From positions 3,392,001 to 3,456,000 of the forward strand of contig CBDIID010000003.1 in NCBI GenBank assembly GCA_965279515.1: a stretch of 64,000 bases of DNA, written 5' to 3'. Source of the DNA: Turneriella sp. (GTDB taxonomy: Bacteria > Spirochaetota > Leptospiria > Turneriellales > Turneriellaceae). Positions 18,895 to 29,316 of the stretch are shown piece after piece; position 1 is the stretch's first letter; each line of letters starts with the position of its first letter. The translations under genes and the position numbers were made by a program. The notes under the pieces were generated by a model. That model was not told where the DNA came from, searched no databases, and saw nothing but the letters and a program-made list of their open reading frames with translations.

Positions 18895-21030
18895 ATGAAC
18901 GCAACAGAACCTGTAATACCGGCAATAACCCAGAGCCGCCCTAAATCATCCATTGTGATGAGGCTGTCCTTCCTCTACTTAATCCTGATGCTCGTCAATA
19001 TGTCGATCTTCTGGTTTGCCTCAGGCTCGAACCAGATGCGGCTGATTGCCGAGAAGGCCACAATGTCCGCGCAATCGATCTCTTTTGAAATCTTTCGCCG
19101 GCTGCAGCCGCTGATGGATAAGGATTTTGCCGGCAAGGGCGATCCGACGCAGATCTTTGTTAAAAATAAAGACGCATTTGTACAGAGCCTGCGTGTCGGC
19201 GGCAGTGGCGATAAGCTGATTATCCCGTCGCTGCGCGTGTTTTCCACCGATCTGCAGGTGTTGCTTTCGTACCCGGCAGACAAAAATGCCATCGTCAGTC
19301 CCGATGACCTGCAGCACGCCTATAAGGCCATACAACTCAAAGACCTCAAGAATGAAATATTTTATGGCGTGCCGGATATCCTGCGCTACCGCATCGATAT
19401 CTACCTGCCGCTGACCTCGACGGGAGTCAACGACCTCGTGCTTTCGAGCCGAATTCCGCTCGAGTCGATCCAGAAAGAACTCGCCAGCCTTTTCCGTTTG
19501 GGCCTCGTCATGATCGGCCTTTTGCTGCTCGTGCAGATGGCGGTGGGGTTTATCATCTACCGCACTTTGATTAAGCCCATCAAACATGTCAGTTCTGCCG
19601 CGGGGGAGCTCAGCCGCGGCGAATTTACGCAGATCGAATACAGCACGAAACGCGACGATGAGATTAAAACTCTTGTCGATTCTTTCAATCATATGTCGTC
19701 TGAACTAAAGACCAAGGACAATACTATCCGCCAGAATATGGCAAGCATCAAGAAGAAGAACGACATTGCGCAGTTTGAGCTGAATATCGCGCAAAAGATT
19801 CAATCATCGATCATGCCGACGAAAAAGACCGTCGGCCATGTTGCCTGGGCCGTGGAGTACCAGCCGCTCTATACCGTATCCGGCGATTATTACGATATCT
19901 TGCGGCTGAGCGATGGTTCGGTGGCAATTTTTATCGGCGACGCTTCAGGGCATGGTGTGCCCGCGGCGTTTCTTACCATCATGGCGAAGATTTATTTTTC
20001 TTCGCTGGTCGAAAAAGTCTCCGACCCCGCCGACCTGCTGCAGCAGGTGAGCGTTCTTATGGCGGCCTATCTCGAAATGGAAGGCCTGTATATGACCGGT
20101 TTTTATATGCGTATCTATCCGGATAACCGCGCCGAGTACTGCAATTGTATACATCCCACGCCGATCGTCTTGCGCAAAGAGACGGGAGAGCTCGAGCATC
20201 TGAAATCGACGGGTTTCTATATCGGGATACTCGACGAAGACGGCCGTAAGAATGAAACGAAGACAATCCAGCTCAACCCCGGTGACCGGCTGGTGCTCTA
20301 TTCCGACGGCATTACTGAAGCCAAGAATGAAACGAAGAAAATGTTTGGTCTTGAACGCGTCGCCGACCTGGTGCTTAAACATAAGGATGCCCCACCGCAA
20401 CAACTCAAACAAGTGCTGCTCGACGCTTTGACCGAATACCGCGGAAATACGCCACTCAATGATGACCTGACGATTCTGATTGCGGAAATCGGCGAACCGG
20501 TTTCGGTAATTGCACCGGAGGCGGCACCCGATGAAGCGGAAACGGTTGTTGCGGGTGAAGCCGGTGGCAGCGCGGTAGAAGAAGCGATAGGGTTTTTCCA
20601 TGAAAAACGTTACGAAGAGGCAATCCACGGCTTCCAGGGACTGGCTGAATCCGGGGCGCAGAACAGCGCGGCGCTGTTGCTGACGGCAGAGAGTTATTTC
20701 TCGCTGAAAAAATACAGCGATGCGCTGAGCTACTATGAGAAGTACGCTACAGCTTCAGGCAGCGTGGATTTCCGCGTTTCCTTCCGCATGGCGTCGTGCC
20801 TGGCGCATCTCGGCCAATTTGACAGGGCCGAAGAGATCGCACTGAAATCGGCCGAGACGTGGCCCGAGAATCCGGATGCGACGGCACAGCTGGCACTGAT
20901 GCAGATTAAACAAGGTAAAAATAATGAGGCCCAGGTGAATATCCGCAAGGCACTGGAAAAAAATCCCGAATCGGCGCGTTATCGTAAGATTGCCGCACTG
21001 GTCGGCCCCTTTGAGACGGCGGAGAATTAA
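18895..21030 (+). CDS. SpoIIE/PP2C phosphatase with two TMs, HAMP and C-terminal TPRs
   Basis: VSGDYYD, IGDASGHGVPAA, LYSDGITE, DDLTI; HAMP DEI..L..SFN.M. Confidence 0.92.
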   Translation: MNATEPVIPAITQSRPKSSIVMRLSFLYLILMLVNMSIFWFASGSNQMRLIAEKATMSAQSISFEIFRRLQPLMDKDFAGKGDPTQIFVKNKDAFVQSLRVGGSGDKLIIPSLRVFSTDLQVLLSYPADKNAIVSPDDLQHAYKAIQLKDLKNEIFYGVPDILRYRIDIYLPLTSTGVNDLVLSSRIPLESIQKELASLFRLGLVMIGLLLLVQMAVGFIIYRTLIKPIKHVSSAAGELSRGEFTQIEYSTKRDDEIKTLVDSFNHMSSELKTKDNTIRQNMASIKKKNDIAQFELNIAQKIQSSIMPTKKTVGHVAWAVEYQPLYTVSGDYYDILRLSDGSVAIFIGDASGHGVPAAFLTIMAKIYFSSLVEKVSDPADLLQQVSVLMAAYLEMEGLYMTGFYMRIYPDNRAEYCNCIHPTPIVLRKETGELEHLKSTGFYIGILDEDGRKNETKTIQLNPGDRLVLYSDGITEAKNETKKMFGLERVADLVLKHKDAPPQQLKQVLLDALTEYRGNTPLNDDLTILIAEIGEPVSVIAPEAAPDEAETVVAGEAGGSAVEEAIGFFHEKRYEEAIHGFQGLAESGAQNSAALLLTAESYFSLKKYSDALSYYEKYATASGSVDFRVSFRMASCLAHLGQFDRAEEIALKSAETWPENPDATAQLALMQIKQGKNNEAQVNIRKALEKNPESARYRKIAALVGPFETAEN

Positions 21031-21036
21031 CCGCAG

Positions 21037-22587
21037 ATGTCTTCGGCAGGTTCGATGACGAAACGATACGGTTGGCGCATCGCCGCGGTAGTCATTGGCT
21101 GCGCCGGGGCTGTATACTTCATGACGCTGATATTCGAGATTCGGGTTCGCGAATTGAAGACGTCCCTGAAAAGCCTCAACAATAACCAGACATCGTTTCG
21201 TACACTGGCGCTGATCTCGCGCTACCAGCTGATACGCGACCGCATGGTCCACAACGACGAATCGAACCAGTTTAAGAGCGAAGGCAAGACCATGCTTGCT
21301 TTAAGCCAGACGACGGCCCAGGATGAAACCGATCGGGTCACGGTCATCGATCGTATCGCGATCGGCCTCATCAATGCACTCAACTGGCTGACGGGTTCTG
21401 AGCCGCTGAGAAATTACCAGACCAGCAAAGACCAACGCGCGCTGGAGCTCGCATACCTCTATGAAATCCGCCGCGACTACGGCAAAGCCGTTGAGACCTA
21501 CGATCTCGCCATCAAGATGATACCCGAAAAGAACCAGGAGGCACAGCAATACGCCTACCTGCACCGCGGTTTTTGCCTTTCCCTGCAGGATAAAAAAAAT
21601 GAGGCCCTTGCCGATTATTCCATCGTAATTTCGTCGAACCAAACCGGTGAGTTCCGATATACGGCCGAGATTCTGTCGGCCCTGCTCAAAGACCTGCTCG
21701 AGAAGTCGGGTAAAATCGATCAGATGGCCGACTCTGAAGGTAAGGCCGAAGCGTATTATAAACTTGCAGCATATCCCAAAGCTTTTGCCGTGTATGACAA
21801 GCTACAGAAACAGGGTAACCTGTCAGCGCGGGGGACGTATTATGCGGGCAGGGTGCACGAAGAACTGGGACAGTCAGATAAGGCCGCGGAGAAATTCCGC
21901 AACCTGATTACCCAGCAGGGCGGTGACGACTGGGCGCTGCGTGCGAACCGGCGTATCTATGCGCTAGGTGCGTTCTATGGCGGCGATAAAAAGTACCGCG
22001 AAGAGTCTCAGAAGAACGCGACCACCGTCGTTCAGGATAAAGAACTCATCAAGACCGCCGAAAAATTCGAGTCGGTGATCAAGCAGAACGAAGTTGTGGC
22101 GAAAGCGAGACAGGCCGAAATTGCCGAAACCGTAGAACTCGTTCAACAGGAGAAAGTCAATCTTGCGGATAAGCCGCTGCCTGTACCGGTCGCTGCTGTT
22201 CCCGTTGCAGAGAAAAATCCGCCGGTGGCCGCCGTCATACCGCCACCTGCACCCGTTGCACCGAAGCCTAAACCCCAGGTGATTACGCCGCCCGTGGTCA
22301 AGACAGAGCCCCCGCCCGCACCGGCAGAAACGCCGGCAAGCCCCGAAGAGAAGTTGCAGAGCGCCCTGAAGAAACGTGACCTGACGCGCGCCGAAAAAAA
22401 AGAAATTCTCATGACCTTTAAAGAGATTGAACTAATCATCCTAAACGATGACAATGAAATCTGGGGAATACCGATTAAGGAGGAAAAGGACCGCATCTCC
22501 TTTTTTACGGTGATGGGCAAAGTCAGCATCGCGAAAAGCCGCATTAAGAGCCGGGAAAAGATCGATAGCGCCGAGGCTTTTCGTTGA
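21037..22587 (+). CDS. Membrane-anchored TPR protein with Pro-rich linker
   Basis: N-terminal TM, TPR motifs, PVPVAAVPV...PPPAP linker. Confidence 0.8.
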   Translation: MSSAGSMTKRYGWRIAAVVIGCAGAVYFMTLIFEIRVRELKTSLKSLNNNQTSFRTLALISRYQLIRDRMVHNDESNQFKSEGKTMLALSQTTAQDETDRVTVIDRIAIGLINALNWLTGSEPLRNYQTSKDQRALELAYLYEIRRDYGKAVETYDLAIKMIPEKNQEAQQYAYLHRGFCLSLQDKKNEALADYSIVISSNQTGEFRYTAEILSALLKDLLEKSGKIDQMADSEGKAEAYYKLAAYPKAFAVYDKLQKQGNLSARGTYYAGRVHEELGQSDKAAEKFRNLITQQGGDDWALRANRRIYALGAFYGGDKKYREESQKNATTVVQDKELIKTAEKFESVIKQNEVVAKARQAEIAETVELVQQEKVNLADKPLPVPVAAVPVAEKNPPVAAVIPPPAPVAPKPKPQVITPPVVKTEPPPAPAETPASPEEKLQSALKKRDLTRAEKKEILMTFKEIELIILNDDNEIWGIPIKEEKDRISFFTVMGKVSIAKSRIKSREKIDSAEAFR

Positions 22588-23333
22588 GGCGAAGAATTCT
22601 GCTGCTGGCGTTTCTGACGCCTTTAACTGCGGTAAATCCGCCCCTGAAGCCCGGGGCGAAGTATGACTTTATCGCCCGCGACGGGCAACATGTCTATGCC
22701 GCCATCTTTGTCAAAGAGACAGAAACTACCTATGTCGTGAAGACCGACGGTTTCGGCGATGAAACCCTGGCGATCGAAAAGAGTGTGCTCTCGGGGCCCC
22801 CGCGCCCTTCGTCCGATAAGCTGTCTAAAGACACCGTCGCCGGCCGCTGGGCCCGCCCCTGGAGTATCAGCGTCGCCGGCGACCTGCGCATGGCGAGCGG
22901 CGCCTTCTCTGATTATGCGCTGTTTTTTCCCGGCGCATCGCTGCGCCTGAGCCGCAAGGTAGAGCCTATTCCCTATACCGGGGGGATCAACGCGTTCTCG
23001 CTGTTAGCGCAGTATGCCCCCATTGCCCGCTCGCCGCGCCGCATCGACCTGATCAATTTTGCCCTGGGGCCGAAATGGCGGAAAAGGTTTCGCAAGATTC
23101 CGCGGGCCGAATTTTCCCTGCACGCGGCGCCGACGGTTTCTTTACTGCATTATACTTCGTATACGTTTGATACCTGGAGTGTGAATCTGGGTTTTATGGC
23201 CGCAGCGGGCATGGACTGGTGGGTGGGGTCAAACTGGGCGATCGTCGCCGTCTTAGGAACACAATACATCCACGATAAATCGACGTTTGTGCTGATGCAC
23301 AATTTTTCGCTCGGCGTCTCTTACGCCTGGTAA
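22584..23333 (+). CDS. Putative outer-membrane beta-barrel protein
   Basis: Signal peptide; alternating beta strands; C-terminal LGVSYAW. Confidence 0.65.
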   Translation: MRRRILLLAFLTPLTAVNPPLKPGAKYDFIARDGQHVYAAIFVKETETTYVVKTDGFGDETLAIEKSVLSGPPRPSSDKLSKDTVAGRWARPWSISVAGDLRMASGAFSDYALFFPGASLRLSRKVEPIPYTGGINAFSLLAQYAPIARSPRRIDLINFALGPKWRKRFRKIPRAEFSLHAAPTVSLLHYTSYTFDTWSVNLGFMAAAGMDWWVGSNWAIVAVLGTQYIHDKSTFVLMHNFSLGVSYAW

Positions 23334-23334
23334 T

Positions 23335-23688
23335 TCAGGTTACAGTGCTTGTTCCCGGGCCTATGGCATCTTCGGTCGATGTCATTACATTGAGAAGACC
23401 CATGGATTGTGTTGCATGCAAAATCGCATCAACTTGTTCGCCGATCTGAACGAGGATTAATTTTCCACCGTAATTTTTGACGGCCTTGTGAAAATAGAAC
23501 AGGGCGCCGATGGCAGAGGAATCGATTGATTCGACCTGTTCCATATTGAGCACCACGGTACCCGGTTTGGATTCAAGGCATTCAATCAGCGCCGCTTTAA
23601 ATTCGGGCACTTTGTACATTTCAAACTCATCTGTCAGCATTTTTACGACAACCGCGTTGGGGCGGTGTTCAGCTTCGATCATACTCAC
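23335..23688 (-). CDS. STAS domain anti-sigma factor antagonist
   Basis: VVLNME.V.SIDSSAIGAL. Confidence 0.88.
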   Translation of the reverse strand: MSMIEAEHRPNAVVVKMLTDEFEMYKVPEFKAALIECLESKPGTVVLNMEQVESIDSSAIGALFYFHKAVKNYGGKLILVQIGEQVDAILHATQSMGLLNVMTSTEDAIGPGTSTVT

Positions 23689-23722
23689 TTAGACGACTCC
23701 TGTTCGGCTTTCCGCGACAAAA

Positions 23723-26700
23723 TTAAGTAATGCTTGCGATCTTTTGCATGATTTGCTCGGCCGCGGGAATGCCGGGGCTGAGCCGCAGCGCCTCTTCGGC
23801 ATAGAGTTGTGCCTCTTTATCAAAATGCAGAATGACTGCAAGGTGGGCCAGGTGTACGAGGTTACCGGTGTGGGATGGATTCCGGAGGCGAAAGCGCTCT
23901 GCACACTCGTAGGCGGCTTTATACTCGTGTTGCTTCTTATAGGAGCGCACGAGGACATAGATCAGATCATGCTTGAGGGGATCAAGTTCAAGCGCCATGA
24001 GCGCCTCTTCGATGGCTTTGGAAAAATTCTGGATTTTGAAGAAAATGCGGGCCCGCGAAGCAGCGCGTTCTGTCGGATTTTGCACATCTTCGCTGAGTTT
24101 CAGCGCCAATGCGGGTTCGCCGCGCTTATAGGCCGCGGTGAGTTCTGACAAGATCGATTTGTCGTCGATGCTGAGGCGCGCCGACGGAATATTCGCTTCT
24201 ACCCGGATGAGCGAGAGGTCGTCTGTGATCTCTCCGGCATTTGTGAGTTTTTCGAAAAGCTCTTTCAGGTCGCCGTGCGTTTCTTCGGCGAGGCGGCGGA
24301 AAATATTCTCGTCTTCATTGATGACACGTTCTTTATCTTTGCTGATACCCAGCATCAGGTCGTCGCGCCCGTCTGAGCCGACGAGCAGCACGTCGCCGGG
24401 CTTCAGCTGGATTGTGTCGACATGGAAAGGCGAGTCGTCCCTGAGTACCTTCCACGGATATTTTTCCAGGCCCGGTATGATACCGAGCTTACGGTAAAAA
24501 ACCGCGGTCTTGAGAAATTCTGCATGCCCGTTCCGGAGGATGACCGGCCAGGGATGCTCGGCGTTCGTGAAGAACATGGCGCCGCTCTTTTCATGGATAA
24601 GGCCTAAGAAGATCGAAACCAGCATCGAGCCGTCGAACACGGCGAAGATCTTGTGTAGTTCGACAAAGGCATCACGGATCCAGCTTTCAGGAAAGCGGTT
24701 ACTTTCGGCGCGTGAAATGCGGCAGCGGTCGAGAATCGCGTGGAAGGCCGAGCCCAGAACAACGGCACCGCCCGCGCCCTGCATCGATTTGCCCATGGCG
24801 TCGGCGTTGAGTATGACGATGTAGTCTTCATCTTTCAGCGTGATACGATCGGCTACACAGATATCACCGCCGATTTCGGCCTGCCAGTGTTTGAAATCAA
24901 ACTGCTTTTTCTGTTTAACTAAAAACTCAATGCGGTAAAGGTCTGACGTCGCCCGGTTTGAGCCCAGGGGGTTGAGCATGAGCGAAGTCAGGAAATAATC
25001 CCCGTCTTGCTGCTGCTTGAGTTCCTGTACCTGCCCGAGTGTCTGCTCGAGATCGCGTGTTCGCTCGCTGACCTTCTGTTCGAGGCCCACAGCGTATTCC
25101 TGCAGTTTCTGGCGCGCCTCGCGTATCGAGACCGTCATGTTGTTGAATGAGCGCGCGAGGGTACCGATCTCGTCTTCGACGCCGATCTTGACCTGCGCGT
25201 CGAGGTTGCCCTGGTTGACGTTGGCGACTCCCGCGAGCAGTTTATTGAGCGGGCTCACGAGGGCGAGATGGAAGAACACGGGAAAAACCGTCAGCAACAG
25301 GATTAATCCACCCAATGTTAAGATAAAAAAATCGAGGGCCGCGTCGCGCACATAAGCCCGGTACTTCAGGTAGTGGAAGCCGGCTTCGTATACCGTCGTT
25401 GTATACGGATCGTACCAGCGGAATGAAACAAAATGCGCGCCGCCCTGTTCGGGATAATCGCGCGCCCCGGATTTGAGCGGCTGGATGAACGCGTCGGCGA
25501 CTTCTTGCCGCAGTTCGCGGCCTTCGTTTTTCGATGAATGCAGCTGCCCGAGGAAAAAATCCGCGGCGTCTTTCTCGAGTGCTCCCTGCGCCTTCAGGAG
25601 TTTCTCCGCGCGTGAGCGGAAATCCATCCAGTTAAGGCGAACGAGCCGGCTCTTCAGAATGCGTAACTTCGCTTCGAGTGCGGCAAATTTTTCTTCTACT
25701 GTATCGCCTGTTTGCCGCGAGCGCAGATCGGCAAGCGCGGCAAGCCATGCGCGTGACTTGCCCTCGGGGAGCCGTGTAGAAATTTCAGGGGTACTGAAGC
25801 CTTCGCGCCAGGCAGAGAACAGCAGCAGGTTCGCCGGTGCTGACTCGGGCGGTTTGCCGAGATAGATTTTGGCCTGGCCGGTGCGTGCGTTAAAGCCCCG
25901 CAGCCAGGCCATGTCGTCGGGCGGTCTGCCGCCGAGCATCACGCGCCCGGCTTCTTCTTTTTTCAGCGTATCATAATCGGCATCACGGCGCGTCAGGGTG
26001 CGCGAGGCGAGAACCTGCATGACCAGCAGAAACGTCACGAGGCTGATGCCGATAATCTTCGACATGAACGACGTGCGGTCGGGTGTCGTGTTGAGGAAAA
26101 CGACGAGAATAATAAAGAGGCCGATGACGATAAAGATCGCGTAGGCGTTTTGGAAAAGTTCACGGCTGACACGCCCGTCGCGGCTGAGCGAATTGAGCAC
26201 CGCGGGAATCATCATCACAAAGAACAGTATCAGCGCCTGTGCAAGGAGCGCCCAGCGGTGCGCACCGCGGCGGATAAAAAAACGCCAGACGCCAACGACG
26301 ACTGAGAACAGAATATAGCCAAGGATAAACGCGGATTGAATCGTGCTTATGGAGTCGGCATCGAGGTCAAAATAATGCCCTTGAGAATTGAACACGACGC
26401 CGGTCTTCGCAGATGAATAAATAAAGACAGATGTGATGCCGATATGGATGGTCCATTGGAGCCACATCAGCGTTGTTGTCAGGCGCGGATGGTCTACTTT
26501 GGGAAAGCGCAGCAGAAACTGGGTGAAGTGCAGCACCGCAGGCAGAATGGTGCCGACGGTGAGCCAGCGGTGGTATGCCGCCAGCGGACTATAGACTGAA
26601 TACGGGATCAGGTATGCCGCATTGAAAAGTGCAAGAAATGCCAGGGCGACGCCGAGATGCAGCGTCGCCGAAGATTTATTGCGCAGCGTCAGCAGAAAAA

Positions 26701-26815
26701 CGGCGAACGATGCTGTGACCGCAAAGGCGATAAAAGAGCCGACGAAAAAAAAGTTAAAATAAATCTGCGAGAAATCCACGGAGGGTGAGCTTGCCGCGTC
26801 CAGAGAGGCGGTCAA
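23723..26815 (-). CDS. Multi-TM sensor SpoIIE/PP2C phosphatase with HAMP and TPR
   Basis: N-terminal ~7 TM; HAMP DEIG.LA.SFN.M; IGGD, DAMGKS, GSDG, DDLS. Confidence 0.9.
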   Translation of the reverse strand: MTASLDAASSPSVDFSQIYFNFFFVGSFIAFAVTASFAVFLLTLRNKSSATLHLGVALAFLALFNAAYLIPYSVYSPLAAYHRWLTVGTILPAVLHFTQFLLRFPKVDHPRLTTTLMWLQWTIHIGITSVFIYSSAKTGVVFNSQGHYFDLDADSISTIQSAFILGYILFSVVVGVWRFFIRRGAHRWALLAQALILFFVMMIPAVLNSLSRDGRVSRELFQNAYAIFIVIGLFIILVVFLNTTPDRTSFMSKIIGISLVTFLLVMQVLASRTLTRRDADYDTLKKEEAGRVMLGGRPPDDMAWLRGFNARTGQAKIYLGKPPESAPANLLLFSAWREGFSTPEISTRLPEGKSRAWLAALADLRSRQTGDTVEEKFAALEAKLRILKSRLVRLNWMDFRSRAEKLLKAQGALEKDAADFFLGQLHSSKNEGRELRQEVADAFIQPLKSGARDYPEQGGAHFVSFRWYDPYTTTVYEAGFHYLKYRAYVRDAALDFFILTLGGLILLLTVFPVFFHLALVSPLNKLLAGVANVNQGNLDAQVKIGVEDEIGTLARSFNNMTVSIREARQKLQEYAVGLEQKVSERTRDLEQTLGQVQELKQQQDGDYFLTSLMLNPLGSNRATSDLYRIEFLVKQKKQFDFKHWQAEIGGDICVADRITLKDEDYIVILNADAMGKSMQGAGGAVVLGSAFHAILDRCRISRAESNRFPESWIRDAFVELHKIFAVFDGSMLVSIFLGLIHEKSGAMFFTNAEHPWPVILRNGHAEFLKTAVFYRKLGIIPGLEKYPWKVLRDDSPFHVDTIQLKPGDVLLVGSDGRDDLMLGISKDKERVINEDENIFRRLAEETHGDLKELFEKLTNAGEITDDLSLIRVEANIPSARLSIDDKSILSELTAAYKRGEPALALKLSEDVQNPTERAASRARIFFKIQNFSKAIEEALMALELDPLKHDLIYVLVRSYKKQHEYKAAYECAERFRLRNPSHTGNLVHLAHLAVILHFDKEAQLYAEEALRLSPGIPAAEQIMQKIASIT

Positions 26816-27017
26816 ATGGTTTTGGCGAAATTTAAAGGGAACTCAGCGCAGTGCGCTTATGGTTTACGTATTCTGAAACACAAGACAGCCGCATTCTGAT
26901 TGCATGCCTGAGTATAGGCTTTCTGTCCTATGTCGTTGGTGCAGGAAATCCCCATTGCCTGATGAGCCGGGGCTGGCGATTTTGCTTTTGCTTTGGTTAT
27001 CCGCATTCAACCAAAAC

Positions 27018-28109
27018 TCATGTACTTTGATCAATGCCGTGCGCCGCCGCAACAGCGGTGTTCACGACCTTGTGGTCTATCACATTGATGCCTCCCTGGA
27101 TTTCAGGAAACTTGCTGCGGGCTTCTTCGAGGCCGAGATCGGCAAGTATTTCGACATAGCGGAACGTTGCATTTGTCAGCGCCTGCGTCGAGGTTCGGGC
27201 ATACGCTCCCGGCATGTTTGTCACGCAGTAGTGGATCACCCCCTCTTCGGTATAGACGGGCGCGTCGTGTGAAGTGGGCCGCGATGTTTCGGAGCAGCCG
27301 CCCTGATCGATGGCGATATCGACGAAGACACTGCCCGGCTGCATCAAACGCAATAAGTCGCGGCCGAGGATTTTCGGCGCTTTGGCGCCGGGAAGCAGAA
27401 CTGCGCCGATGAGTAGATCCACATGCGGTAAAAGATCGGCGAGATGTGATTCGTTTGAGTAGAGCGTATGCGCTGTGTGCAGTGAAATATCGAGGTAGCG
27501 CATGCGTTCGATATCGACTTCGAGAATCGTGACATCCGCCCGCAGCCCCTGCGCCATACGCGCGGCATTGGTGCCTGCAGAGCCGCCGCCCAACACCACA
27601 ACTTTGCCCGGTAGAACGCCGGGTACGCCGCCGAGCAGTGTGCCGCGGCCGCCATTCTGGTTGGCGAGAAAATAGCCGCCCACGAGCACGCTCATGCGCC
27701 CGGCGATTTCGCTCATGGGTTCGAGAAGCGGCAGGCGCCTGCCGACTTCGATGGTTTCATAGGCAATCGCGGTAACGCCGGATTGCATCAGGTCTTGGGT
27801 TAACGTTTTGTCCGCGGCCAAATGCAGGTAGCAGAAAAGGATCTGCCCGGCGCGCAGGAGGGCCCGCTCTTCGGGCAGGGGTTCTTTCACCTTCACAATC
27901 ATTTCGGCTTCGCCATACACGTTTGCGGCCTTATCGACAATGCGCGCACCGGCCAATTCGTATTCCTGGTCGTGGTATCCCGACCCGATGCCGGCGTTGC
28001 GTTCTACCAGAACCGAGTGCCCCTTTTTGACCAGGTGGTAAACGATCGAGGGCAACAATGCCACGCGGTACTCGCGGTTCTTGATTTCTTTGGGGACTCC
28101 GACGACCAT
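27018..28109 (-). CDS. ald: Alanine dehydrogenase
   Basis: VGVPKEIK..EYRV, KVKEP, YLHLA, LPLL.PMSE.AGR, DIAIDQGGC, HYCVTNMPG. Confidence 0.97.
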   Translation of the reverse strand: MVVGVPKEIKNREYRVALLPSIVYHLVKKGHSVLVERNAGIGSGYHDQEYELAGARIVDKAANVYGEAEMIVKVKEPLPEERALLRAGQILFCYLHLAADKTLTQDLMQSGVTAIAYETIEVGRRLPLLEPMSEIAGRMSVLVGGYFLANQNGGRGTLLGGVPGVLPGKVVVLGGGSAGTNAARMAQGLRADVTILEVDIERMRYLDISLHTAHTLYSNESHLADLLPHVDLLIGAVLLPGAKAPKILGRDLLRLMQPGSVFVDIAIDQGGCSETSRPTSHDAPVYTEEGVIHYCVTNMPGAYARTSTQALTNATFRYVEILADLGLEEARSKFPEIQGGINVIDHKVVNTAVAAAHGIDQST

Positions 28110-28248
28110 AAGACAGAGGGTAAATCTGAGGGGGTAAGGCAAGAATTAAGCCCAAAAGCCTGCAGATTCAGGTTGTGAAGGCTTGAAAACGATTGACGCC
28201 GTGTCAAAAATGCCGTTTTTTCCGCCTAGATTCCCGTATGGGAAAAAT

Positions 28249-28321
<73 letters not shown>

Positions 28322-28551
28322 CAATTTATTCTTCCATCATTGCAACTCGCCCCGCATGGCTTCATCGGGCAATAAATCATCAAAACTATGGCACCGTAAA
28401 TTTGCCTTAGAAGCGAATCCCATCTGAAATAAATTTGAATGTTTGGGGTTGCAGGCGCTTTTGGGGAAGCGAGCAACAGGCTTTGACAGAATTTCCTTTA
28501 CGTGCGGTTGCCGAGCTACGAGGTTCCGTAAATTCTCATAAGTAGCATGAA

Positions 28552-29316
28552 ATGCGTGATATCATCAAAAATATACGTATCCTGATCATAGGCTTGGCAC
28601 TTTCACCGGGCTGCTCAAACAATACCACTGCAAGTACGGCTACACCCTTTACTTTGACTCTCTCTGCACCCGGATACCCAAACAAGAGCTTCTCGGCATA
28701 TGTTTATGGAGGGGGGGCTTTGAAGGGAGTTGTGCGGTCAAATACGAAGACCGATGTGAAGGGTAATCTGACCGTGACTGCGGTAGCAGTGAATGCCAAT
28801 AACTGTGCCACGAGCGGGACTATCACAGACGATGCTTCATCTTATAGCATACATGCGCGACTTGATGGCGCAGGCGATAGTAGTTTTATCTATCCCACAG
28901 GGTGCGCGAGCGATGCGGGTTTTCTAAATACGGCGAGTCTGGGGTATAGCTATGCAGGTAAGGGATATTGGCCACTAAACCTCAACTATCTTGATGTGAC
29001 CTATAAAAACACTTTTTCGCTCTCAGGAACAGGAGTTGGGACCGTAACGCGCCTTACGTATTGTAGCGTCGTTGATTCGCAGATTGCAACCCCCACGATC
29101 AACACAAGTTCTATTATGGGGTATGCGCAGGGCAACGTGAACTTTACGGCAGGGTCAGCAACGTTAACTACAAATTATACCGTTGCGGGTGTATACTTGG
29201 CCGTGTACAAATACTTCTGCTGGATTGATGCGAATAATAACGGATCCTACGGCAGCGGTGATCTAATAGCCACGAGTACTTCAACAACCATATCGAGCTG
29301 GACTACGATACCATGA
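28552..29316 (+). CDS. Hypothetical Ser/Thr-rich lipoprotein
   Basis: Lipobox-like LSPGC; C-terminal CWIDANNNGSYGSGD; AT-richer codon usage. Confidence 0.75.
   Translation: MRDIIKNIRILIIGLALSPGCSNNTTASTATPFTLTLSAPGYPNKSFSAYVYGGGALKGVVRSNTKTDVKGNLTVTAVAVNANNCATSGTITDDASSYSIHARLDGAGDSSFIYPTGCASDAGFLNTASLGYSYAGKGYWPLNLNYLDVTYKNTFSLSGTGVGTVTRLTYCSVVDSQIATPTINTSSIMGYAQGNVNFTAGSATLTTNYTVAGVYLAVYKYFCWIDANNNGSYGSGDLIATSTSTTISSWTTIP

Noticed and set aside
28390..28408. TGGCAC...TTGC as a sigma54 promoter
   Set aside because: GG to GC spacing is 12 nt rather than the required 10
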